A DNA stretch of 61,605 nt, filler included, from Sluysia triapertura (taxonomy: Eukaryota), in NCBI GenBank assembly GCA_046118255.1. It is 5 parts of 5 records of this genome, joined end to end, with 100 filler letters (N's around TTAATTAATTAA, not from the genome) between each part and the next. Parts side by side here need not be neighbours in the genome. Positions count along the whole stretch, not along the records: positions 11,068 to 27,653 come from JBJNIA010200709.1; positions 27,754 to 38,583 come from JBJNIA010192894.1; 3 more parts are not named here. One strand, given 5' to 3'. The position numbers were made by a program, and so were the translations under genes. How positions within the stretch are numbered: position 1 is the first letter of the stretch; the number at the start of each line of letters is the position of its first letter. The notes under the pieces were generated by a model. That model was not told where the DNA came from. It saw only the letters and a program-made list of their open reading frames with translations, and made no database searches. This document shows positions 16,372 through 29,829 of this stretch, in pieces.

Positions 16372-18339
16372 ATACCATTTCAATGTAACCTCATATTAAT
16401 AGACGAGAAATAAATAAATATATAAACAAATTATTTATTGAATATTTATTAGTAAATAAAAATTGTTTAAAAATCAGTTTTTAAAGCTAACTGAAAATTT
16501 GACATTTTTTCTATTATACTTATAAATTCAATTTTTTATGTTTATATATTTATTACAAATACGTTTGTTAAAGCTTATTTTAGAACTTAGTTTTTAGCTT
16601 TATTTTTTGTAATATTTTAATAAAATCTTGAATTTTTGCCTCTTAATGCATAGATTAAATAATATGTATAAAATTAACAATGAAATGAAATTACGCATAT
16701 GTAATGAAACTTTTTTTTAGTTACTTAGTACCTTAAATTAATTAGTTAATATGAAGTTGTAAAGTAGTTAGTTCTTACTTTAGAAAACTTTCCTGATTCC
16801 TAATCATACTTCCAATTTGTGTATAAAGGTTTTATAGTTCTTAGTGTGTATATGTGTGTTACTAATAATAGTAAATGGATAGAGTATATATATAACAACC
16901 CCTGTATGCGGATGTTGAGGTAATAGGGAAAAGATGTGGGTAGCTAAGTTGCTAGTTAGTTCGATTTTAAGTTTGCAGTCACTAGAGAAGGAATCGGGAA
17001 AGAAAGCAGGGATCGGCTTTTCAGCACAGTAACGGTCGACAGCTAAATAGAATGAAGTAACAGAGGGTTAACAATAAATATACACGAGAAAACAATAAAA
17101 TCAAAAGAAAACGTAAGGTTTGAATATGTCACTCATATTTTTATGCATATAGTAAATATTGCCTAACTTTTTTCAAAAAAGTATTGTTGCATAGTCTAGC
17201 ATTTAATTTATAAAAACGTTTTAATTGGCATCTCTTGTAATTCCTTTTTTGAGACTTAGTCCGGGTAACTGACATCCATTGTACAAAAACGTGGACGTTT
17301 GAAAAATATCAACGGTAGAGTCCTCCATTATATGCTACATAAGGAGGGAACTCAGGTCTACCATAATTTACTATAAATTCATAGGATCGTCTGAACGTTT
17401 TTCTGAAATAAATGCCACATTCTTTGATTGTAATGCAGCACATGGGACAAGGAGGAAAAGGAGTTGAGGAAGAATCATATAGAAAGTAAAGGAAACAGAA
17501 GTGAAATATGCCTATAAAGAATAGTTAAAGCATAGTATTTTTTAACTTGGCATCGGCAAATTGAACGCAACATGAAACGTGCACAGTGGACATAACTTTA
17601 CTGAAAAGAAAAATATAAAATAAATTTATAATTACACTATGTAAAAAAATGAAAGTTTAATGGAGTGAGATAAATTAAAATTAAACTTAAAGTAAAAGTA
17701 CATTACATATTATCATAACTAAATTAAAATATGCGTTATGTAGCATTACCTTCTGTGACCGAAAATGGATATTTAACAGCCATCACACATTGTCAGCAAA
17801 TAGGACACACATTTACTCATATTTTACGTCCTACATATGGTTTATACTTTAATAAAGAAATGATTCCTATGTCTAATTAATAAATAAAACTTATGAATTT
17901 GAAATATTGTATGTACTATTAATGTGGAGAAAAGAAGTGAAATTAAGACAGTGACAAAATATAATGTGATGGAAATTTACTGTAAAGTCATTAGGTCCAT
18001 CCTTGAGTGAATTGTGTCGTGTCTTTTATACTTTCTTATTTTACAAATTATTAATTAAAACTCAATAATTAAACAAATTCAGAATCTCGAAATATTCTTT
18101 GAATTATTCCTTATAACAACGACAACACAAATTACTTTTTATAACAAAATACAAATTATTCTCTATAAGAATATTATAAATTATTCTTTAGCACCCATAA
18201 ATTTTAGCAAAATAAAAACACTTAGAAATATATTACTAACCCTTTTCCTAAAAAAATGGATTATTTTCGTCAATTTCTAAAGAAATGACCTTAGTTTCAC
18301 CGTTATCCACTGCTAAAATAAAGCAGCTTCCCTATAGTT

Positions 18340-18660
18340 AAAAAGTTTTCTTAATTTCATTTATCTTGACTCCGTCCTATTGCCGTTTTTACTTCTGTTT
18401 TAATTGCAGAAATGTAACTGCTTATATAGCAGTTTTATGGCAATTAGTGAAATTAGAAAATCAGAAATCGAACAAGTCGGAAATTAAAGCTGTCGGCGTT
18501 TAATATGGTCACTTGAATTATATTTACAATTTTATTAGTTTTGTGCAGTTTATGCATATGTAAAAACGTTTTAAAATTATAAAATTTTAATTAAAAATGT
18601 ACTTGTTAATTAAAAGTGAGTCAATGTTTTCCACTAATAACCCCATTTATGTAATGATCA
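18340..18660 (-). repeat. Dispersed repeat family F, copy 2
   Basis: Reverse complement of 8090-8360; contains the AACTGCT-TATAT-AGCAGTT inverted repeat at 18416-18434. Confidence 0.7.
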
Positions 18661-20519
18661 TAATTGTTTCCCGATTATTATGTTCAATGATTTTAATCGA
18701 TTTTCTAGGAGTTGGCATGTCCTAGGCCTTGTACTTACAATTTGACAAAGATACACTTGTAAATTTGACGATGCGTTATATTTGAAATTAAATTTTATCA
18801 ATTTTAAATTTCAGATTTGGGTTTAATTTAGCTCCAAACGTAGCAAATTACTTCCCTTCAATTACGTTAATAGGTTTTATTTACTACATAAAGCTGCCGT
18901 TTTTTGACTATTTTCATTCAATCAGCAGCTTCCAATAGAGGTAAGTTACTTTGTGGAAAACACGTAGCTTATTTAAATTATAATTTCTTTATCTTTTCTG
19001 TTATCTTTTTTTCTTTGTGTTTTCTATTATATTTAGCTTCTTATCTTGTAAGTTTCTATGATCTTTTATTATGCATAAATTTCATATTTACCTATGCATG
19101 CACACACATTCATTTACATTGTGCAGGGCAATAAATAATTTAATTTATTTAGGTAGTTATTATTTTTGTATTTTTTTAATTTTTTATTAAAAAAGTTAAA
19201 ACATTAATTAAATAATAACAATTTAACTTTAATTTAATAACTTTTAACAAAATAAGTTTAAGGCCTGTAAAAATTAACAAATTGAAAACAGCAACAAAGT
19301 TTGATATTTTATTAGGAATAAAATATAACAAGTGGAAAACAGATACAAGTGTACTTAATAATAAAAAAGCTTTATCCGTAAATGAACATCCATAAACATG
19401 ATATGAAATTTTATCAAAATAAATAATAGATGGTAGAAACGCTATATGAACTGGATTAGTGTCTTTATAAAATAAATGCATTTGGAAATATTCCCGTAAC
19501 AGAATGGAATAAAAATAAGACGTGTAACAACATGCCAAGTCTGGCTGAATTGTAAAAATATCTTATTCACCAGATAGCATTTGAATATTACATCGTGAAA
19601 CTGTATTGTACAATTAGAGTAATAAACGACTTCATTTTTATTGGGTGGTTTCAAAATGAAATAATTGTAATGTAAACCGCATTCACTATTTCTAGATTCC
19701 ATTTCTATTTCTGCAGAACTATTGAAATCCGTAGTGACCAACAAAAAGCCGGACAATAATTTTGCGTTTGCTAAAATTATTTGCTAATAATATATCCAAG
19801 TAAATAAATTATTGCTTTTATTTTAATTTTTTAGATTTTACAATGACCTGAAATTGGCAATTAAATATAATAAAAATTACATGTATACCTTCGCGCTAAA
19901 CGACTAGTAAAAAGATTCAAATAATTAAGTTGAGTAGTGGTTTAGCGATCTAATTTTCTTTGAATACTAATTATTATGAACTGATAAAATTAGACTTAAA
20001 ACTATTCATTATATAAACTTGAAAAGAAATATTTTTTTAATTTTTATACTTATTTTGTCTTCAAGAAAGCAAATACATAAAATCAATATGATATTTAATT
20101 TCTTTAAAACATTATTTCGTTTGAAAAACAAATTCCTAAGGAGTATAATAATGATTCTATAGATCAGGTATTTGAATTCCGTATAATTTAAATAAATATT
20201 GCAAAATGAATATTACTAATAATTTGAATACATATTTAGTACTAAATATTAATTTATTACGTTATTTTTCAGATCAAATTTATGGTTTCAACATTTACAT
20301 AAACACAACAATAAATAAAATACATTTATAACAAGAAAAACGATGTATAAGATTATTCAATGAATATTGGCCGAAATTATTTATGAATTACAACAATAAT
20401 GACGACAGCAATTAATGTACAAATCAGTAAACTACCAATAACTGAACTAATGAATATGACAACATTGGTTTTCGTTTTATTTGATATTTCTTTACTTTTG
20501 ATTATTTCATATTTAAGTT

Positions 20520-20876
20520 TCATAATTTCGTCATTTGAATTGACTTTTTCTTTAACATAACATATAATAATTCATTATTAATATAAGGTGGTTTCTTTAA
20601 CAATGAAGTCAAAGATTCGTACAATTTAATGATATCTTTGAAACAAACATAGAGATAAGGTTCGGAATCGAGGATTATTTTCTGAGTATAAAAACCACTA
20701 GGACAATTTTTCACCCATAAGTTCGATGGTGGTAATACATCTCTGAAATTGTCACTTTCCAAAGTTGCCAGAGGATTACCAATATACTGACTTATGGAAA
20801 TTCTCATTGTCATGGAACGCACCAGAACATTGTTTCGATAATTTTGACAATATATTGATCTTAATCGATTCTTCAA
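20520..20876 (-). CDS. Intronless orphan ORF (118 codons), unknown
   Basis: Protein-like composition in extremely AT-rich DNA; starts at a non-ATG codon; no recognisable motif. Confidence 0.25.
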   Translation of the reverse strand: MKNRLRSIYCQNYRNNVLVRSMTMRISISQYIGNPLATLESDNFRDVLPPSNLWVKNCPSGFYTQKIILDSEPYLYVCFKDIIKLYESLTSLLKKPPYINNELLYVMLKKKSIQMTKL

Positions 20877-21477
20877 AATATTCTCTCTACTATTACTGTA
20901 ACGAGTAATTCAAAAATATAAATAATTTAAATAACATATTGATAAATATATAAAAAATGGAAATAACGAAAGAATAAAAAGAAAGGTTGATAACAAGAAT
21001 AATAAAATAATAATGATAACAATAACATAGTTATTATGTTTATTAATACTGGCATTGTTGATGTTGATACGAAATTTTATTATGAGATTTAATATAAAAA
21101 TTATTACTTGATAATCATATTATATAACAATAATGACAATAATTATTATATATATTTTAATACGATTTGAATTGTAATAATAATAGTGGTAGTTCATGAT
21201 AATTATTTGCGATGATTATGTTTGTTTTTTGATTGAGTTTAGTAGTTTGTTTAATAATCTGTGTACATGTGAAATATTTTTATGTGGTGAAGTGTGATGA
21301 ATTTTGTGTGATTTCCCTACAGTCTTAAAGTATCTGATACACGTTTTGATTCTGATACTTAGCATGACTTTTAAATCTTTTATTGTAATAAATTTTTTAC
21401 TTTTATTAAAAATTTTTCTCTTGTTTTACTATTTCTTAAAATTTAAAAAACGTAACGAATTTAAAAATTGTTCATTA

Positions 21478-22037
21478 ATGGAAGGTACATCGTTGTTATT
21501 CGAAAATGATGTCGAAATGACTGATTTTAAAAAATCTATTTATGATACGAGTTCGAATCGTTGTTTTGAGGTTTATTTATTTTACATGGAATCTTGTCCA
21601 AAATTTGAACAATCTAATGAACATCTTCGGAATATGGTGAATAAATCAATATGGTTTAGTGTTTTTAATTCAAAAAATGAATACATCAAAAATTCGCTAG
21701 TCGAAGTTATGCACTTAACCTACAAAAATAACAGATTATTTTTCAGTGCATTACTACAGCTATTTTGACGCATTTTCCGTGGCATACCGAATTAAATAAT
21801 TCGAATTTCCAAGAAGACCAACATTTTAGTTCTTACATTAAATTTCATAATGAACCTATTCGTTCATATTTACGTGCTTGTGATATTGAAGTTGTACAAG
21901 TATTTTGTCAGCTACAGAATTTTCTAAAGATACAAAAGACCGATTTTGATGCTAATTCAATTTGTCAACTAGAAGAACCGTTTCGCGGCCTTTGTTATAA
22001 GATATTGAATTTTTTAATGCTGAGAAATCTTCCTTGA
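21478..22037 (+). pseudogene. Frameshifted orphan ORF (~185 aa, MEGTSLLF...LMLRNLP)
   Basis: Two overlapping ORFs (21304-21768, 21765-22037) join with one frameshift near 21765; no recognisable homology. Confidence 0.3.
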
Positions 22038-22096
22038 ATCAAGGGCAATTGTGTTGTAATGAGTTTGATATTTTAAAAGTTACTCTCTACGATGTC

Positions 22097-22340
22097 AAGA
22101 CGTCATTTAAGTTGTTTATAATCCTAAGAAAAGCTAATAATCTTTCAAAGACGTCGTTGATGTTGCTTATAACTCTGAGAAAAGGTATTGATCTTTGAAA
22201 TACTTCGATTATTTTTATAATGTTGCTAATCATTCAAAGCTGTCATTTATGTTATTTACAATTCTAAGGAACGTTAATAATCTTTCAAAAACGTCGCTGA
22301 TGTTGTTTATAATTCTAAGAAACGTCAGTAGTTTCTCGAG
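22097..22340 (-). repeat. 51-bp tandem repeat encoding a 17-aa unit on the minus strand
   Basis: Units translate EKLLTFLRIINNISDVF / ERLLTFLRIVNNINDSF / QRSIPFLRVISNINDVF / ERLLAFLRIINNLNDVL, with many synonymous differences. Confidence 0.7.
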
Positions 22341-22689
22341 GATAATGTTTGTTTTGTTTAATAAATCATGTGAAGAGCAAATCGGGACTTCCTCGATCAA
22401 GATGAGTTCGAACGAATTCGTGCATCAAAATACCACTCGAGGCCAACACCGAACGCCACTCATCAGAGGGATGTTCCGGACAACGTAAGGCATACACGTC
22501 AGAGGCGGATATATATATATATATATATGTACATATAGAAACAACAATGTGGCATCATTTCATCAGTTCTATGATTCTCGTAATGTAAATGAATTCTTCC
22601 GGACGGTGATAATGAAAGTCCATGCAGTTATTTCTTCAGTAGTGCTGTGGTTTTTTCTAACCTTACAGAATAAAGTAAAACTTATACGT

Positions 22690-23050
22690 GAGTTCACCAA
22701 TGTACTAGGCTTACCGGTTAGGGCTAGCCGTTGGATATATAGATAAAAGAATTTCAATTGAAGATTGGAATAACTTGCTATTGTTCATTGGATTTTATCT
22801 AAAGCTTTCGCTAATTAAGTGACAAGATATTTCTACTTTAATGATGAACTACAAATTTGGAAGTTTTCAAAATTGTGTATTTTAGTTACAGTATTTAGCT
22901 GGCTAAAGTATAAAATAAAAACTTGGTAGTTAGAAATTTTTTATTATTACAATAGATTACGAGAATCATATGAAAAGGATTTATACAAACTGATTTTGCG
23001 AAATCAGAATTAAATTCTGATATAACTTCTTGGGCAGTGGCAACATTTTA
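22690..23050 (+). repeat. Dispersed repeat family D
   Basis: AGTTCACCAATGTACTAGGCTTACCGGTTAGGGCTAG core shared with ~37910-37955 and ~61247-61470; weaker hit at ~30692-30732. Confidence 0.7.
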
Positions 23051-26000
23051 ATACTATCAGATTAAAAATACTTGAAAATATTAAACTTATACTATGAAAA
23101 ACAAAACAAATAGAGAAAAACATAATAATATGCAATAATATTAATAATTCTTTACGATAATTAACTCAATGTTAATTTAGTAAAGAGAAATTTTAAAATA
23201 AGATTTTTGGTGAACAATTTCATTAATTAAAGATTTTGAGTCAAATTTGCGAATGATACTAGAAGTATCGTCCTTAAATAAATAAACTAACGTTTAGTTA
23301 CAACAGTTGCGTTAATTGGTTCAGAAGAGTTTTGAAAGCGAAAAGTTTATGCTGTAAAGGATGACTCTAATCTTCTCGTAGTTATGAAAAAGTATTATCC
23401 TCAAAAACGTTGTGTTTAAAAGTCAATTAAAAACTGGAAAATCAGTTGAACATTTGTAAGTCAGTTACAAATTTGTGTTAATGTTATCGACCTTGAGTAG
23501 AAACAAACAAAAATAAAAATGAAGTTATTTCAAGAATTATTTTATTTAAAGTTATTTTAAAAATTTAAAATTATTTTATTTATTTTTAATACTATTTTAT
23601 AATTACAAATTATTTTATAACGAATAATTATCTTTTAAAATAAAACTCCAAAAATTAACAAATTGTTAAATTACAGATTAAATCGATTAATGGTATTAAT
23701 TATAATGTTAAAAATATCATAAAATCAATAATATTTTAATTACACACATTATAAACGATTATATATAAGTCAACAAAATTAATTATACATAGGTAAAGTT
23801 TGTTAATGATCACAGTCAAACGTAAACGTCACAAAATATTACGATGTGATCAAGTCTTGATATCAAATCTTTCCACAAAATCATTACACAATAAATATTT
23901 AACTCATGACACATTTAACAAAAATCCCAATCTATATCACATATTCATAGATGATTTAGTAATTTTTTTATACATTTTATATCTCACAACCTTTACGGTC
24001 AATTAATTCATAACATTATTCAATATACCATTTCAATATTTCAATTTTAAACTAGACAAATTCATCTTACAAATCATCTACAGACTCAAGCAATAATTTA
24101 TATTTTATTCAACATTAATGTGATATTACAACATACTTCATTAAATTCACTCCACATCTTTATGTTTCAGATAATTAAACATCACTAACAAAGCAAAAGC
24201 CACACATTATGAGATTCAATGCATTCATCAAATTCACAAACTGACACAAATAAGTTACCTAAATTCGAAATCCTAAAAATAAGCAGACTCTTTATTTAGA
24301 TATACTCAGCAAAATAGTTCTCCTTACATCTTATACTTTATACCTTTAACAATTAATTACTTCACAAATTTTAAAATCAATAATTTCACGACGATATTCT
24401 ATTAAAAACTCCAACTTCAACTTTTCAATAATAACGTTTGAGTAAGAACATGATACTACGGATCATTCTCAACTTTAAACTATTTCACAGTATATGTATT
24501 TTATATAAGCTCATGTGGAAAAAAGAAATTAAAAAAGAAAATATTTTAATTAATTAATAATAATGTAAAAATTAGTGATTGATATGATTCTATAAAATTT
24601 GAGTGTGCTGGAATCAACTCTGATTCTAATCTAAAATTAATAATATTTTCACTTTAGATTACTGATTAAATCCTCTATTAATGCAAATTTCCTCTATTAA
24701 TTAACTCTGTAAGTAATATCTATACTTTGTCTATTATGTCTGCCTTATTATAAAATATAATTTTGATCGTATTTTATGTTCTTAAAGTTTTATTTCATAT
24801 TACTAGTATTGATTCTTATTTTAAAATGATTTCATTAACTATTATAAGTGAGGTTTGATGTTTATAAATTTTAATTTCATATTGTCTTTATTGAATCTTA
24901 CTTTAAAGCGATTATTTCTACAATTTTAATTTAAATTTAATTGCTATTTGTTACTAAATTTCGAATTAATATTAACTGTATATTATCTCATTTTAATTTG
25001 ATACATCATTATACTCTTAGAAATTTTTGAGTATTATTTTAAAAATTATTTTAACATTATTTAGAATTAAAATGCACATAAATGATAAGTATTTTACATT
25101 ATTTTTATAATAAAATGAGTATTATTATTTTACAAAATGTTAATAGTAAAACTGAGTTTTATTACAAAATATTACAATAATAATAATGATACGAAACTGA
25201 CTAAAAGATTTTCCAACCAAGTTATGCATTAAGTAATATATTGTGTAACATTACATTAATAGATAGTGAATAATGGCAGTTGAAAGATATTCCAAAAGAA
25301 GTATAAAAATTTGAATTAGTAAAAATTAAACTAAAAATAGTTAACCAATTGGGTACCCTAAAAACAGTTAGAAGAAAAATAGTTTCCAAAAAAATTGTTA
25401 TAAAATTAGTTTATAAAATAAAGTTTATTTATTTTCATAAAAAACTGTATTTTACAAGTAGCTAAATGTTTTAGTAAAATTAGTTTTAGAAATTGTTAAT
25501 GAAACTTATCATCAGTATCACTTACCAGATGTTTCGTATAGTATTGATTGGTTGATCTCGCAACATACTGAATTGGATAAAATAATTCAGTTTAAAGATT
25601 AAATTATTTAGTGGAATTTCAAGCTACCGTATTTTCTTATGTATAATTCGCACTTAATGCGTAACCCGCATTATAAAAATCTTATAAAACTTTTTCTTAA
25701 TATAACCAATCACATTTGTAATAAATAAACCATATATATGGTTTAATGTTTTTTGAACAAAAAGATCTTTGATATCACTAAATAAATATAAATTTGATTA
25801 CAATTTAAAGGTTTCTATTTAAATTATATTGTTTTTGGCTTAGAGACAAACATTTGATTCATTGGAAAATTAATATTTTATTTAGGATCAATAAAATAAA
25901 TTTCTAAACTATTGATCTATAAACCCCACCACAAAAATACACTTTTTTCAATGTATAGTCCGCGGACTCTAGGCAAGAAAATACGGTAAATACAAATTAT

Positions 26001-26290
26001 TGGATGAAATAATATTTTCGTCAAAGCTCCAGATATTCAAGTTTCCAATTCGATACCAAATCTTACTACAGTACTACCGAGCTATCTAAACAAATTGTAT
26101 AATCCTGTTCAAAATTTATGAGATTGTTAGTAAGTTTCTTACTTGTGATTCTTATTATTTTATTTTTAACGCATTTATACGTTAATGATAATGTTTTTGT
26201 TTTTTCTTGAGAAGACCTTAATCCCATTAATATTTTAATTAGCATCATGTTCTTTATACTTAGAACGAATAATTTTACCAAAAATCATAA

Positions 26291-26451
26291 TGTTGGGGTA
26301 AAAGGCCTAAAAGGTGCCAAGTAGTATAATTGAATATATTAAAAAAATGAAATTGTTAGACGGGGCTGATAGCTCAGTGGTAGAGCAGTCGGACTGCGCA
26401 GACGATGGTCGCGGGTTCGATCCCGGTTAATCCATTTTACGAAGTCTAACA
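26291..26451 (+). mobile_element. 161-bp TG...CA element containing a tRNA-like sequence (TRIM/Helenus-like solo LTR or unusual SINE)
   Basis: TGTTGGGG...GTCTAACA ends; TATAAT upstream of the tRNA; tRNA-like 26362-26434 with A box TAGCTCAGTGG, B box GGTTCGATCCC and TTTT terminator; second copy at 33732-35023 (-). Confidence 0.75.
26362..26434 (+). pseudogene. tRNA-derived sequence (degenerate anticodon arm, isotype unassignable)
   Basis: Intact D arm and T loop; acceptor stem has one mismatch; anticodon stem pairs only 3/5. Confidence 0.7.
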
Positions 26452-26619
26452 CACGTTAATTTTTCATATTTTATTTTATTAGTAACAGTTAAGTCAATAT
26501 CAGATTAATTTGCTTAATAGAATTTCAATAAATTCAATAATAACAAAATCAAATATAAATTACCACAAATTAAGTTAGATTAACAATAATATTTGTTAAA
26601 ACCAAAGTGTTTAGTTTTT

Positions 26620-27510
26620 AAATTTAAATTAACAAGAATAACTCAATAATTTAAAATAACAAGGTCAAATACAAATTGTTAACAGTTTATTTTAACAATA
26701 CAAATGAATAAATTAAAAAAGACTAAATCTCAAAATTAATATTAATAATGATAATATTAAGAAAACAGTAATCTATCTATAGAACCAGAGGTAACACAAC
26801 AAACAAATCAAATTATTCTTTCAAATTAAGACTTCTCAAAAATAATTCTTTAAATAAATAACAAATTTCTATAATCAAATTAGTCCGAAATCTCAATATA
26901 TTTTCCAACATAATAAAACAAAACTACAATTAACTAATTAACTTCTTCTAAATAAAAGTTATTAATTACAAACCGATTTTACTCGTCGATTAATCAATAA
27001 ACAAAATGTTTAGTATAACTTTAAATAAATAGAGATGAAGTCTCCCAAAAACAAAGCTAATTTACTTAAAATCAAAATAATAAAATAATATAAATTTACA
27101 AATTTACTCAGTACATGAATCTTCGCAGGAGCTGCATTAAAGTCTCGTTATTTGTTGTGTTGTGAAATTTTTAGGTACTCCTTTTTATACTTTTCCATTA
27201 TCCAATCATTTCCGAGTTTTTGATCAAACATTATCTCTCACAAGTCATTATAACTTTGACAGTTACATGGTACAGTCTGTCAAACTTTATTAGATACAAA
27301 GCACAAAAAATTCATTTGTGATCATATATTATTTTCTTTACACTACTAAATCTACTTTTACTTAAATTTTTTCTCACATTAAAATAACAATCATAATTAT
27401 TGTTAAATACATTATTTAATTGCTCTTTTTAAAATGTTATTAATTTTCGGTTCTTATTAATTATTTAAGGTTTCATCAAAAAGTCGTTTCAAAACAAATA
27501 CAAACACAAT
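26620..27510 (-). repeat. Dispersed repeat family A, diverged copy
   Basis: Matches 3020-3600 (GGTCAAATACAAATTGTTA, CAGAGGTAACACAAC, TAACTTTGACA, CTGTCAAACTT). Confidence 0.75.
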
Positions 27511-27653
27511 AAGTAAAGATAGAGCATCACTAAATGAAAAACTAAAACCAATTCAAGGTACCAGATGTAACATCCTTATTTAAAGGTTAATGATAAAACT
27601 AATGTTCTGAATATGTCATAAAGGAAAAGGAAAGTTTTTGATACTCTGCAAAA

Positions 27654-27753
27654 NNNNNNNNNNNNNNNNNNNNNNNNNNNNNNNNNNNNNNNNNNNNTTA
27701 ATTAATTAANNNNNNNNNNNNNNNNNNNNNNNNNNNNNNNNNNNNNNNNNNNN
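27654..27753. other. Artificial assembly linker
   Basis: TTAATTAATTAA at 27698-27709 between 44-N runs. Confidence 0.95.
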
Positions 27754-27899
27754 ATTGAAACTATTAAGATTTTAACTAAATAGGACTTTAATAGTGAGCT
27801 TAATATTTAGCAAGCATCAAAGACGCAACAATTATACCTTTAAATATACTCTACAATATTCACCACAAAATTAAGTTTTTGAAAATCAAATCAATAACA

Positions 27900-29220
27900 A
27901 CAACAAAATAAACAATAAAATCAAATACAAATTATTATTATTATAAATCTCCTCTAAACAATACTAAATATGACTAAAATGACTAAATTAGCATTAACGT
28001 TTTTAATAGTATCAAGAATATAACAATCTATCTAAATAAACCAGGAATACGCAACAAACACTCAGAAAAATATAATTATTATTCCTTAATATATAAATAT
28101 CCCAAAAACAGCAGAAAAACAATAACTATTTTACTAAATTCCCCCAAAATAATATTATTTTTAATTATATCATAAATTCAGAAATAGCTTAAAGCATGGA
28201 TCTCATTTGCAATATTAATTGTTGTTGTTAGGTAAAATTTTTTGGTATGCCTTTTTATATTTTCTCATCATCCAATCATTACAAAATTTTTGATTAAACA
28301 TTCTCTCACACAAATAATTGCAACATTATTTGAGAATTAATCGGACAATATTAACTTTGACAATTACATGGTACGGTCTGTCAAACTTCATTAGGTACAA
28401 AACATAAAAAATTGATTTATTATCAACCATCATTTTCCTTCACTATTCAATCTATTTTTACTTAAATTACTTCTCACATTAAAATAACATCAACAATATT
28501 CTTAACAAACATAAAAATAATGAATTTAATTTCACTTTTATAATTTAATTTATTTTCAATTTTTCACACCCAATTTTCTAATGAGAAATGTTTTAAGGTT
28601 CTTTATTCTCAAACAAACCATTCTAAAAACATTTCGAATACTCCTTTTTCATAGCAATTATATCATATTCAATTCATTACATTTGCATCACTCTAAGTAT
28701 AAAAAACTCAACATTCCATAATTAAAAATTAATTAAAATTTGACTTTGCTCAATATTAAGGCTTTCCTTATTTGAACTCGATCAATCCTTCAACGAAAGG
28801 TCTTTTCAAAACAAATACACACATAATTTCAAATTTAACATAGCATTCTGCATTCAAAAGTTATTAATTAATCTATTTTTAGACTTAATCTTACTCTATG
28901 TTTAGAGGTTTTATTACAGTTCTAAAGTTATTTAGTAGTTAATAAGGCATTCAAGGGGCTCTAGATGATCCATTTTTCTTTTTCTTCATGCAAATTATTA
29001 CCATATGAAACTTATATTTATTATTTTAAACAATGATTTTATTTCTCAATTATTTTAAAGATTTTAAATACTCTATAAGGTTACTCGAAGATCTAAAATG
29101 CTTATAAAGTTTTCAGGAATACTTAAAGCTTAATAAAGTCTCAGATGATCTCAAGATTAACAAGCTCAAAAGAACCCTAATACCTACAAAGTTTTTCCAA
29201 GTCAATTTCAAGCTTCCACA
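27900..29220 (-). repeat. Dispersed repeat family A, uninterrupted copy
   Basis: Colinear with 3050-4091 plus 5443-5700. Confidence 0.85.
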
Positions 29221-29829
29221 ATGCAAAATCAAGTTATATCCATTAAACAATCCATGCTTTTGGTAATACTTAAATATTTTATTTTTGATTTTATTATTTT
29301 AATGTTATTATTTTGATTATTATTATTATATTCCATTTTATTATTTTTGCGGAAAATTCTTAATTTTGTAAACTTTTTTAGCTTTGGGAAGGCATGCTGC
29401 CCAATTTATTTTAAAAAAAGTATTTGATTTTCATTTTGTTTTTCATTATTTGGAAAGAATATAATTAGTCTTATTTGTCAAATCTTAATTTTTGTTGAGT
29501 TACCTCTGGTTTTCTTTTGAATGGGTTATTGTGTACTTAACAATTTTATATAAGTTATTATTAACTTTCTTTTAATTTTGTTATTTTTAGTTGTCTCATT
29601 TATATCATTGTTAAAGCAGAGATTTACTGTAGTAATTTGTATTTAAATTTTTTAACATTATAAAATTAAGTTTTGTTGTTAATTTGAATTAAAAAATTTA
29701 GCATCTGATGGAGTTGGATTGTTACGTTACTAAAGTAATAGAATTTGAGACAATTTAAATTTATATTAATAAAGATTGAAAATATTAGGATTCCGTTTAA
29801 GTAAATTAAACCATTTCTGACTTACTCTA

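Noticed and set aside
22437-22475. Hammerhead core CTGATGAG on the minus strand
   Set aside because: No GAAA after the putative stem II.
26362-26434. Functional tRNA gene
   Set aside because: Anticodon stem pairs only 3/5, the loop differs between copies, and it sits inside a dispersed repeat with conserved flanks.
26354-26451. 98-bp MITE bounded by TGTTAGAC/GTCTAACA
   Set aside because: Homology between copies continues ~63 bp further upstream to TGTTGGGG, so this inverted repeat is internal.
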